Positions 1-7,054 of a stretch of DNA of 48,652 nucleotides are shown here, piece by piece. The stretch is taken from positions 1 through 48,652 of IMG/VR virus record IMGVR_UViG_3300036832_000539; one strand, written 5' to 3'. The notes beneath the pieces were generated by a model. The model saw nothing but the letters and a program-made list of their open reading frames with translations. It was not told the DNA's origin and did not search any database. The stretch comes from a virus. Each line of letters opens with the position of its first letter. Position 1 is the first letter of the stretch. Position numbers and translations under genes: made by a program.

Positions 1-107
1 GGCGACGACAGCCAGGGCGACGACGACCAGGGCGACGACCAGGGCGATGGCCAAGGCGACGACAGCCAGGGCGACGACAGCCAGGGCGACGACGACCAGG
101 GCGACGA
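1..107. repeat. Terminal overlap: nt 1..107 are identical to nt 48546..48652 (circular or terminally redundant contig)
   Basis: Base-by-base comparison of the two ends shows an exact 107-nt match. The match lies in the same reading frame of the CobT-like gene. Confidence 0.9.
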
Positions 108-1101
108 CCAGGGCGATGGCCAAAGCGACGACCAGGGCGACGACCAGGGCAATGCCGGTGGCGATCCCAATGGCGCCGGAAGCGGGACCGATGGCCTAGA
201 CGATCGCGATTGGTTGTCGGGCTCCCCATCGGTGGACGATATCGCCGCTGACAAGTCAGCGGCGAACGATCCCCGCGCCACGCGCCGTTCCTTGCTGAAC
301 AGCTTTCGCGGCGCCGAGGTTAGCCCCGTTCGCAATAGCTACGGCAATAGCCCCACTACCACGGCGGAGATGCGGGACCGCGTGAAACGGCCGGCCGTGC
401 TGACCGACAGCATCGCGCGCCTCGTACTATCCGAGGCGCGCAACACGCGCGATCGTTACCTGTCGACAGGACGCTTTGACCGTCGCGCCATCGGACGCGC
501 CTCTTGGGGAGCGACCAACGTGTTCAGCCATCGCGAGTACGCGGAAGGCGTCGAAACGGCGGTATTCCTGCTAATCGACGGCAGCCAAAGCATGATGACG
601 CTGGGCCGCATGCGTGACGCACAATCGCTCGCCTATCACCTTGGCCACGCAATCGACGATGCCGGCGCGCAATGCGCCATCGGCGGTTTCTATTCCTGCG
701 ATCGCCTAGACCCTAACGGGTTTAGCATCGCCATGCGCATGGCCAAGCAATGGCGCGATCCTGTCGACGCGGTAAAACTGTCGCTGCTAGGCGCCACCGG
801 GACGACGCCCCTATCCCCCGCCATCATGGCAGCAAGCGACATGCTGGCCAGCGTGCGCGACGTCGGGCGCCGCATCCTGCTACCGCTAACCGATGGGTGT
901 TGCGACCTAGGAAGCGACGCGGTACGCGACGCGTGCGAATACGCTGGCAACCTCGACGTCGAGGTTGGCGGCATTGGTATCGGTGGCAACACGGACGTTG
1001 CCAACATCTTTCCGCTAGGCGTCGACCTTGGTCCCGGTGGCGACGTCGCGGAAGCTGGCCTGCGCCTGTTGGTCAACTTGCTGGAAAGGGAGCGCCGCTA
1101 G
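1..1101 (+). CDS. cobT: C-terminal part of a CobT-like protein: end of the acidic D/Q/G repeat linker plus a von Willebrand factor A (VWA) domain. It continues from 47673..48652 across the circular junction.
   Basis: Frame 1 is open from base 1 to the TAG at 1099-1101 and is in phase with the ORF that leaves the window at 48652. It has the MIDAS motif DGSQS (LLIDGSQSM, nt 577-591), followed by GTTPL and LTDG segments typical of VWA/CobT_C domains. The ORF track starts only at the internal TTG at 214. Confidence 0.8.
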   Translation, partial: GDDSQGDDDQGDDQGDGQGDDSQGDDSQGDDDQGDDQGDGQSDDQGDDQGNAGGDPNGAGSGTDGLDDRDWLSGSPSVDDIAADKSAANDPRATRRSLLNSFRGAEVSPVRNSYGNSPTTTAEMRDRVKRPAVLTDSIARLVLSEARNTRDRYLSTGRFDRRAIGRASWGATNVFSHREYAEGVETAVFLLIDGSQSMMTLGRMRDAQSLAYHLGHAIDDAGAQCAIGGFYSCDRLDPNGFSIAMRMAKQWRDPVDAVKLSLLGATGTTPLSPAIMAASDMLASVRDVGRRILLPLTDGCCDLGSDAVRDACEYAGNLDVEVGGIGIGGNTDVANIFPLGVDLGPGGDVAEAGLRLLVNLLERERR

Positions 1102-1236
1102 ATGCGCATCTTCACGCTGATTGTGGTGGCCATCGCCTTAGCGGCATGGCTGACCGAGCCTTGGCGTAAAGGCCACCCCTACACCAAGCCGGCGCCGGAA
1201 GCTGCACCGGAACCTCGCAAACCGATCCGCGAATAG
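1102..1236 (+). CDS. Small single-pass membrane protein, 44 aa
   Basis: The ATG at 1102 abuts the upstream stop (TAGATG). The N-terminus MRIFTLIVVAIALAAWL is hydrophobic and is followed by a basic/Pro-rich tail. The ORF is below the length cutoff of the ORF track. Confidence 0.5.
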   Translation: MRIFTLIVVAIALAAWLTEPWRKGHPYTKPAPEAAPEPRKPIRE

Positions 1237-1249
1237 GAGGAAAACCACT

Positions 1250-1447
1250 GTGGCCGAAAAGGATTTTGTTTCGCGAGCAAAACGAGAAATGGTCCCTGAT
1301 ATCGGGCAACTCGACCACACAGCCAAACTCGCGCTAGATCGCGCAGTACGTAGGGGCGAGATAAGAAAGTGGCGCGGCTGTTGGGATACAGGCGAGCTAT
1401 GGGGACTAGGGCGCCCGAGAACGTGTTACGGCCCTGTAGATCCCTAA
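1250..1447 (+). CDS. Hypothetical protein, 65 aa
   Basis: GTG start lies 9 nt after AGGAGG (1235-1240). The ORF is followed directly by an intrinsic terminator. Confidence 0.55.
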   Translation: MAEKDFVSRAKREMVPDIGQLDHTAKLALDRAVRRGEIRKWRGCWDTGELWGLGRPRTCYGPVDP

Positions 1448-1464
1448 AATCTAATCCCTCCGAC

Positions 1465-1498
1465 AATCCCCGCGCCTAGCCAGCGCGGGGATTTTTTG
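1465..1498 (+). terminator. Rho-independent terminator ending the cobS/cobT-like operon
   Basis: Stem AATCCCCGCGC/GCGCGGGGATT (1465-1475 / 1483-1493) with a 7-nt loop, followed by a T6 run. Confidence 0.8.
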
Positions 1499-1604
1499 TG
1501 CCATCGCCGCTAAGGCGCCTAGGAACGCGCTACAACGCGTGAAGCCTGTCCCGGCTATGGGTGTAGCCATGCCATCCCTTGGCGCGTCCCTGCGGCCGTT
1601 AGCG

Positions 1605-1770
1605 GGCGCCGGCGAGGCATCGCCGGCGCCTAGGTATCGGCGCCCGGGGAAACGGCCGCGCGGGGATCGATCCCCGGGGAGGCAAACCGGCGATGGGGCG
1701 ATCACCTGGCCGCGCCGGGCAATTGCCCGGCTGGCGCCCGGCGCCGCGTCGCAGGACACGGCGCCGCGTC
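1605..1770. repeat. Cluster of perfect palindromes/hairpins and a short direct repeat in a GC-rich non-coding island
   Basis: Hairpin GGCGCCGGCGA-GGCA-TCGCCGGCGCC (1605-1630). 16-bp palindrome CGGGGATCGATCCCCG (1661-1676). 18-bp palindrome GCCGGGCAATTGCCCGGC (1714-1731). 11-nt direct repeat GGCGCCGCGTC at 1740-1750 and 1760-1770. Confidence 0.7.
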
Positions 1771-1864
1771 CCGGGGACGTCCTAGCCACCGCTCCGGCGC
1801 CCATCGGCCGCCAGCCGCCCCAGCCGCGCGCTTGGCCCGGACCCCGGCCCCAGCCAAACACCAC

Positions 1865-2031
1865 TCACGGCGATTTTGCTCACGGCAATTTTGGATTTGT
1901 AGCACTGTAGCACTGATTTTCATTCTCCCTACCTTTCTACTTTTGTCTTCTCTTGTGTCTTTTTCCCCCTCCTTATTTTCTATAATTTACTAATACATTA
2001 TATATCAGTGCTACAGTGCTACAGTGCTACA
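1865..2031. promoter_or_regulatory. Putative replication origin: inverted octamer iteron arrays flanking a 90-bp AT-rich, pyrimidine-skewed tract
   Basis: TGTAGCAC x2 (1898-1913) and its reverse complement GTGCTACA x3 (2008-2031) bracket the AT-rich tract 1916-2005. There is also a 13-mer repeat TCACGGC(G/A)ATTTT at 1865-1877 and 1880-1892. The region lies immediately 3' of the primase-helicase gene. Confidence 0.5.
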
Positions 2032-2041
2032 AGGTTGTATA

Positions 2042-4363
2042 TTAAAAGGAATTTTGTAGCGGTGCGAAAAGCTGGCGGTGTTGCGTATACGCTTGCGTAA
2101 TCTCCTTTGTCGTGAAGCTCTCGAACCCAGAAGGACACCGCATAATCCACATTCGCATAGCCGCAAAATTTCCCAATCGCAGTGCTACACCGTCGCGCCA
2201 TTGTTTTGCCCCCAATCGCGACACGATTGGCGCCCACTTATTTGCGGTCGGGACGAACCCCAGGACGTGCCGGCCGGCGCGGTCGTAAGCGTCCTGAATG
2301 TCCCGCGACGTCATCAGGTCAGGCCAGTGCTTGTCCTCGATCTGCTCACGCGTCCAGGCCGTCAACCGATCCTCGCCCAACCGGATCATCGCCTGCTTAC
2401 CCGGGGTCATCGGAGCCTGTGCCATCAGTCGCGCCTTCTCCGCTGCGGTCAGCGCAGCGTAGCGGCGATGCAGATACTCGCTGATCAACCCCCAGCCCTC
2501 GCCTTCGAGCCACGTCTTCAAGTCGGCGTAGAACGCCCCAGGCAGCGGCTTCATCGGCGACATCACCACCAAAAACCGCCGATCGCTCTGCGACAGCGGC
2601 AGTGCATCCCCCGCGTTTGACGTGATCACCCACGCCGAGACGTTGGGGACGTGGTAGGGCGCCGTGTAGATCTTGCGGATCTCGATCATCCGGGACGTGT
2701 TCTCGGTCCACGGTTTGATCGTCTCGTAGATGTCGTGCGTCGTCGTCGCGCCCCGCGTGTTGCGCGCCAGGTCCGTGACGCTGACAAACCGCTTCTCGGC
2801 AAAGGGGTTAAACCCACCGCCCAGCGTCCCGGCCGCGGGCGTCGCATAGTTGCCGTCCCCGACACAGCGCAGGATCGGCCACAGCATCATGTCCTTGCCG
2901 ATCCCCTGGATATCCGACTGCAGCACCAGCCCCCAGCCCGGCTTGATATCCGGTGCGGCCACAATGAGTGCAAACCAATCCAGCACCCACTCGGCGACGT
3001 CAGGCCCCTCGGCCTCGCAGATCGCATCGACCAACTCGAGCCAGGGCGCGATCATCGTCTCGTCGACCGCGCGTCCCAGACAGGGACGTGGCGCCGGCCG
3101 ATACAGGTTGACCCGCAGCCGCCCGGCCTCGTCGAAGATAAACTCTCTCCCGGGCCAGTAGCTTTGCGCGTAGACGATCCGCCCCCGGCCCGGGCCGGTG
3201 AACCACGCATGCGGCGCTAACACCGCGACGGTATCCTTGCCGGCTTTCTTTGTCGCCACCGTCAGCCACGGTCGCAGTATCTCACGGCGAGCCGAGTTAA
3301 ACGCATCGATCGAGATCAGCCCCAGCCCGAGCCGATCAAAATAACGGTTCTCGGTTTCGACAAAGACGTACTGATCGAGAACCACGTCCCGGTAGAGCGG
3401 CCCCGACGTATCCGGGACCTTGTCGAACAACCCGCCGGCGACGCCGCCCGGCCATAAGCCAGACTTGTCGACGTACTCTTCCAGCCACTTCCGCAGATCC
3501 AGCCCGGTTCGACTAGCGCAATGCCCGTGGTGGCACTCAAACCCCCCGGTATCGGGGAAGTACGCCGCCCCCGTCTCGGTCTTGATCGTGTGTTCGTGCT
3601 CCCACGGGCAGACAATCTCCACCCCCAACCGCGACGGGATCATCCCCTTGACGTAACCCAAGCGGTACAACCACCCGCCCACGAGATCCTTGCCGATCAG
3701 ATCCAGCGTCGACTTGCCCACCCGAGACGTCAGCCCGGTGCCTGCACCGGGCACCACCACACCGCGGTCGATCACGTCCTGGGACAGCTTCAGGACGTCG
3801 TCAGGCCCCAGGTCGCCAGGCCCATCAGGGCCATCCTTGACCGCTGACATCAGCCGCGTCGCGAACTTGCCCCCGTAATCGGCCTTTGTGTTCGTCCCCA
3901 TCGGCAGCCGCATCACCCGCGTCACCGACTTGGCGTCCGACTTGATAAAATACCCGAGCTGCTTGGCCGTCACGACATCCGTGACGGCTGGCTTCAGCCG
4001 GTAGAACCATTGCTGGTTCCCCGGCGACGTCTCCCACGACCAGCCCGGGACGCCGAGCTTGGCCAGCGCGATACCCGGGTCGACCTTCTTGCCGATCCCC
4101 ACGTCGTCGAGTGCGACGACGTGGAGCGAGGTAAAAAAGACTTCTTGTCGTGGTCCCGAGAACAGCGAGACGCAGAAATAGTTGTTGTTGCCGGCCGGCA
4201 GGGGCCACCGTTTCTGCGCGATCAGGGAACCGACCCGCCACACTGGCCAGCCGGTCTTTTTGTCCGCGGGGCTTTCCGGGAAGCTCGTGACCAGCACATC
4301 CTGCCAGCGTGACCCAAAGGCCCACTTCAAGAAGCGCGTCGAGACGGAGGTATCGTCAGCCAT
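2042..4363 (-). CDS. Bifunctional primase-polymerase (AEP prim-pol) / SF3 (D5-like) helicase, 773 aa
   Basis: AEP motifs VVALDDVG, SPGNQQWFYRL and VMRLPMGTNTK. Cys/His cluster CPWEHEH...CHHGHC. P-loop LQSDIQGIGKDMM followed by DRRFLVVM (Walker B-like). Confidence 0.85.
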   Translation of the reverse strand: MADDTSVSTRFLKWAFGSRWQDVLVTSFPESPADKKTGWPVWRVGSLIAQKRWPLPAGNNNYFCVSLFSGPRQEVFFTSLHVVALDDVGIGKKVDPGIALAKLGVPGWSWETSPGNQQWFYRLKPAVTDVVTAKQLGYFIKSDAKSVTRVMRLPMGTNTKADYGGKFATRLMSAVKDGPDGPGDLGPDDVLKLSQDVIDRGVVVPGAGTGLTSRVGKSTLDLIGKDLVGGWLYRLGYVKGMIPSRLGVEIVCPWEHEHTIKTETGAAYFPDTGGFECHHGHCASRTGLDLRKWLEEYVDKSGLWPGGVAGGLFDKVPDTSGPLYRDVVLDQYVFVETENRYFDRLGLGLISIDAFNSARREILRPWLTVATKKAGKDTVAVLAPHAWFTGPGRGRIVYAQSYWPGREFIFDEAGRLRVNLYRPAPRPCLGRAVDETMIAPWLELVDAICEAEGPDVAEWVLDWFALIVAAPDIKPGWGLVLQSDIQGIGKDMMLWPILRCVGDGNYATPAAGTLGGGFNPFAEKRFVSVTDLARNTRGATTTHDIYETIKPWTENTSRMIEIRKIYTAPYHVPNVSAWVITSNAGDALPLSQSDRRFLVVMSPMKPLPGAFYADLKTWLEGEGWGLISEYLHRRYAALTAAEKARLMAQAPMTPGKQAMIRLGEDRLTAWTREQIEDKHWPDLMTSRDIQDAYDRAGRHVLGFVPTANKWAPIVSRLGAKQWRDGVALRLGNFAAMRMWIMRCPSGFESFTTKEITQAYTQHRQLFAPLQNSF

Positions 4364-4436
4364 GACCCAGGTCCCCTGTGAACCGTGTAGGTCACTGTAT
4401 TGTCACACACAAACCGACACCCGACGCAAGCGCCTC

Positions 4437-4465
4437 TTGATAACCACAGCCCTTAGTGCTATTTA
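4437..4465 (+). promoter_or_regulatory. Putative sigma70-type promoter: TTGATA, 17-nt spacer, TATTTA with an extended -10 TG
   Basis: TTGATA at 4437-4442, a 17-nt spacer, then TGCTATTTA at 4457-4465. It sits in the divergent intergenic region between the primase gene and the plus-strand small genes. The -10 element overlaps an AGTGCTA match to the iteron core. Confidence 0.3.
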
Positions 4466-4563
4466 GACAACCGGGCACTAGGTTTGGCGACGGTCCCTTG
4501 TTCAGGTCCCCTAACCGTAGCAACCGGCTTTTGTCAGCCTAGTGGCCCAGTAGATCCAAACTC

Positions 4564-4597
4564 GACGGCCCCGCGCCTTGCGGGGTCGTTCTTTTTT
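4564..4597 (+). terminator. Strong intrinsic terminator inside the 5' leader/intergenic region
   Basis: 10-11 bp stem (4564-4574 / 4580-4590, core CCCCGC/GCGGGG) with loop GCCTT, followed by CTTTTTT. Confidence 0.65.
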
Positions 4598-4643
4598 GCG
4601 GTACTCTCGCGTCCTGACGAACTCGTCAAGACAGGACCGGACA

Positions 4644-4820
4644 ATGAACGGCACCGAGCAGCACCGCGAAATGCCCGAGAAGGGCAGCCCCAAGGGCGGC
4701 GCCATCAACGAAACCTCCGACAGCAGCTCGTGGACCGGCCAGCCGCCGATCAGTGAGCCGGTGAAACCGTCCGGCACGCCGCCGTCCCACGGTGGCGACA
4801 AGGGCAGCGGGCGGCGTTAA
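4644..4820 (+). CDS. Hypothetical small, probably disordered protein, 58 aa
   Basis: Starts at ATG 4644 and shows strong G/C third-position bias (MNGTEQHREMPEKGSPKGG...). The longer ORF-track start at 4578 would run through the terminator hairpin. Confidence 0.5.
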   Translation: MNGTEQHREMPEKGSPKGGAINETSDSSSWTGQPPISEPVKPSGTPPSHGGDKGSGRR

Positions 4821-4985
4821 ATGCGCGGCCCGCGTCCCACGCGGTACGAGAAGACCCAGAGCGATCTTCGAGAAGATCGCCGAGGCGCGAAGCGCCTCGG
4901 CGTCTCGCTCAGCCAGTACGAGAAGACCCAGCGCGACAAGCGCGAGGATGCCGCCGGCCAGCGGCGCCTTGATAAACGCAAATAG
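4821..4985 (+). CDS. Hypothetical basic protein, 54 aa, with an internal YEKTQxDxRED duplication
   Basis: The ATG directly follows the TAA of the upstream ORF and is in the same frame. GC3 bias is present. The ORF contains two near-perfect palindromes and a 16-nt direct repeat, so a non-coding role is also possible. Confidence 0.4.
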   Translation: MRGPRPTRYEKTQSDLREDRRGAKRLGVSLSQYEKTQRDKREDAAGQRRLDKRK

Positions 4986-5013
4986 GGGCCGGCCCGTCTG
5001 CGATCCGGCCCCT
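4984..5013. terminator. GC-rich hairpin between convergent transcription units (possible bidirectional terminator)
   Basis: Stem AGGGGCCGG/CCGGCCCCT with a 12-nt loop. A partial T-rich tract follows only on the minus strand (TATTTGCGTTTAT). Confidence 0.4.
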
Positions 5014-5033
5014 ACCGCGAAATGTGCTACGCC

Positions 5034-5267
5034 TTACTGTAGTCTGTTGATCCGCCGCTCCATCTCGACCGGCCCCAGCCAAAGCCAGCCGGCGTCGCGC
5101 ATAGCGTGAAACTTAAAGGCGTCCCGCGCGGCATCGAGCCAGTGATAGCCGGCCAGTTCCTCGCCCTCCTGGCGGCGCCGTACCGCTTCCGCCTTGATCT
5201 GCGGCCACAGGATGCGGATATCGAGCCGGCGCGTTTGCCAGTACCACAGCCCAAGCAGCCAATTCAT
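5034..5267 (-). CDS. Hypothetical Trp-rich protein, 77 aa
   Basis: The internal ATG at 5267 overlaps the stop of the upstream small ORF (ATGA). Begins MNWLLGLWYWQTRRLD... Confidence 0.5.
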   Translation of the reverse strand: MNWLLGLWYWQTRRLDIRILWPQIKAEAVRRRQEGEELAGYHWLDAARDAFKFHAMRDAGWLWLGPVEMERRINRLQ

Positions 5268-5380
5268 CGGAACAGGCACTCGTTGCGCCAACGCCGTCGC
5301 TCCTTGTGCGCTGCCCACAGGATGCCGGTGATAAACCCTACCCAGAACACGATCCAGGCGGTCACCCCGATAGCGAGCAT
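5264..5380 (-). CDS. Tiny membrane protein, 38 aa
   Basis: Sequence MLAIGVTAWIVFWVGFITGILWAAHKERRRW. GGGAGGG lies upstream of the ATG at 5380. Its stop overlaps the next start. Confidence 0.45.
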   Translation of the reverse strand: MLAIGVTAWIVFWVGFITGILWAAHKERRRWRNECLFR

Positions 5381-5393
5381 GGCTCGCCCTCCC

Positions 5394-5543
5394 TCACGAC
5401 AAAAGAAACATAAACAGCCCCACCACCCCCAGCCCCACCACGGCAAACGCCGCGATAAAGCCTGCACTGCGGTAGCGAAACGCCCGCTCGACCACCAGCA
5501 GCACGATGATCAGAGCGACGATCGCCCAGAGCGCGCCGCTCAC
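5394..5543 (-). CDS. Tiny two-helix membrane protein, 49 aa
   Basis: The GTG start overlaps the upstream stop (GTGA). Sequence VSGALWAIVALIIVLLVVERAFRYRSAGFIAAFAVVGLGVVGLFMFLLS. Not in the ORF track (shorter than 60 aa). Confidence 0.4.
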   Translation of the reverse strand: MSGALWAIVALIIVLLVVERAFRYRSAGFIAAFAVVGLGVVGLFMFLLS

Positions 5544-5737
5544 GCTGCAGCCCTCTGCACGGCTGAGCCGGTCATTTGCTTGCGCAGCTTCTCGCGCTCG
5601 ACCGGGTCATCGACAAACTCGTTAAGGAACAGGCATGCCCCACACACCGGCTTGGGCGGCGGGTTCTGTTGCGGGAAGCTGTAGACGTCCCGGCCGCAGT
5701 CCCGACAGACAAAGAAATCGCAATCATGCTCTGACAT
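5540..5737 (-). CDS. Zinc-ribbon protein, 65 aa
   Basis: Two CxxC pairs (CRDCG ... CGAC). Confidence 0.55.
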   Translation of the reverse strand: MSEHDCDFFVCRDCGRDVYSFPQQNPPPKPVCGACLFLNEFVDDPVEREKLRKQMTGSAVQRAAA

Positions 5738-5738
5738 T

Positions 5739-6035
5739 TTATCTCCCCCTCATCCTTCGCCATTTGCGCTCGTACCCCAGCGCGAAGCCCACCCAGGTCA
5801 TGGTGTAGTTGTGCGGCCGGCGCGTCTTGCCCGACAGCCAGTTCTGGATCGTGCTATGGCCGACATTGTAGGCACCCCCGGTGGCCTCGCTGACTTCCTT
5901 GGTGATGTCGGCAACCGATAGCTCGCTCTCGTGGATCAAAGAGCAAAGCTCTTCCATCGCTGGGTCCCGATCGGTAAATCGGTAGCCCCGGTCCCGCTCA
6001 AGAAATTGCAGCTTGTGGACGGTTGCTTTGGCCAT
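5739..6035 (-). CDS. Putative HTH DNA-binding protein, 98 aa
   Basis: The ATG at 6035 lies 7 nt after AGGGAGGG. HTH-like segment LSVADITKEVSEATGGAYNVGHSTIQNWLSG. Confidence 0.5.
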   Translation of the reverse strand: MAKATVHKLQFLERDRGYRFTDRDPAMEELCSLIHESELSVADITKEVSEATGGAYNVGHSTIQNWLSGKTRRPHNYTMTWVGFALGYERKWRRMRGR

Positions 6036-6049
6036 CGGGGGTCCCTCCC

Positions 6050-7054
6050 TTAGAAGCACTTATCGGCGGCTGAGCGCAGCCGGCTGTCGGCCTGTCGGTG
6101 CCAATAGTGCGTCTCGATCATCTGGTAGGTGTCGCCGACCAACTCGGCCATCTCCGCGATCGTCACGCCACCACGCAGCCCCAGCGTGATAAAAGTATGC
6201 CGCATACAGTGCGCCGTCATCCACGGCCACGGCGTCGTCTTGACAAACGTCGCCCAACAGGACCGGATCTCGCCGGCGCCCACCACGCTTGCGTAGCGTT
6301 CCGCCGGCGGGATCGCTTCGAGGAAGCGCAGCAGGCGCTCGTTGATCACTGCGAGAACGCGACGCTTGTTGGTCACCTTGCGTCCCGGGACGCGGAAGTC
6401 GATCGTCCGCTCGATCAGGTTCACCCGGTCCCAGGTCAGGTCGAGGATCGCCTCGCGCCGGGCGCCGGTCCCCAATCCTAGGGCGACAAACCGCCCGACG
6501 CGTTTGTTTGACCAAACCAACGCCAGTTCGAGAAACCGCGCGGCATCGGCTTTCTCCAGAAAACTCCGCTCGACAAAGACCGCGGCTGACGGCCGGTCGA
6601 TCTCCGGGACCTTCTCGATCAGCTTGGCCTTGGCCGCCCAACCCAGCGCCGCCCGCAGCGCGCCTAGCTCACGGCGAAGCGTGCCGTCCGAGACGAGGCC
6701 GCCACGTTGCGCGACATAATCCTGCAGCGGCTGCCCCTCTAGGTTCTCGGCGTTGTTGTTACCCAGCAGGGCAAGGACCGGGACCAGCGTGTAGCTCTGG
6801 GACGTGCGCACGCCGCGGCGTCTGGCGTCTTCGAGGTAGCCGTCAACGATCTCGCTAACCGTCGCAGACGTTAACGCTTTGAGCGCGTCGCTTTGCGCTT
6901 TGCGCCATTCGACGTGGTAGCGCTCTGCCGCAGCCCGCGTAATCTGACCTGTGCTAGACGTGCGGCCATGCGCGCGGCCACGGGCGTCGCGATGCTGCCA
7001 CTTGATTTCCCAGATCCCTCGGTCGTTTTGCTTAAGGTACGTCTGCGGATGCAT
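6050..7054 (-). CDS. int: Tyrosine recombinase / phage integrase
   Basis: Catalytic signature TGARREAILDLTWDRV (Arg), HCMRHTF (HxxR) and ETHYWH (Tyr). Start chosen at MHPQTY (7054) because the upstream part of the ORF (to 7150) has poor third-position GC and overlaps the HTH domain of the upstream gene. Confidence 0.85.
   Translation of the reverse strand: MHPQTYLKQNDRGIWEIKWQHRDARGRAHGRTSSTGQITRAAAERYHVEWRKAQSDALKALTSATVSEIVDGYLEDARRRGVRTSQSYTLVPVLALLGNNNAENLEGQPLQDYVAQRGGLVSDGTLRRELGALRAALGWAAKAKLIEKVPEIDRPSAAVFVERSFLEKADAARFLELALVWSNKRVGRFVALGLGTGARREAILDLTWDRVNLIERTIDFRVPGRKVTNKRRVLAVINERLLRFLEAIPPAERYASVVGAGEIRSCWATFVKTTPWPWMTAHCMRHTFITLGLRGGVTIAEMAELVGDTYQMIETHYWHRQADSRLRSAADKCF

Noticed and set aside
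1451-1910. ORFs 1539..1910 (+, 123 aa) and 1451..1864 (-, 137 aa) covering the GC-rich island
   Set aside because: Both are Arg/Pro/Gly/Ala low-complexity frames of the kind produced by any GC-rich DNA. They overlap each other and have no RBS. The plus-strand one starts after a strong terminator. The region is treated as non-coding.
4400-4570. Possible tRNA or tRNA-fragment attP near the integrase arm
   Set aside because: No cloverleaf could be built. The only T-loop-like string (GTTCAGGTCC) lacks complementary stems. No GGTTCGAATCC-type box was seen anywhere in the window.
4611-4621. Recurring GTCCTGA(C/T)(G/A)AA motif (4611, 8105, 16851, 16879), including an identical 12-mer CTGTGTCCTGAC at 8101 and 16847
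   Set aside because: GTC-CTG is a favoured codon pair in this genome, and GTCCTGA occurs in many coding regions (e.g. about 2291, 9364, 12551, 15711, 34851, 36282). The motif is therefore not clearly enriched. The three intergenic copies are noted but not called as sites without a formal word-frequency test.
4792-5109. 105-aa plus-strand ORF overlapping the small ORF, the hairpin and the convergent gene
   Set aside because: It uses rare AGA/AGG codons and runs through the terminator hairpin into the opposite-strand gene. The alternative frame 4821..4985 has better codon bias.
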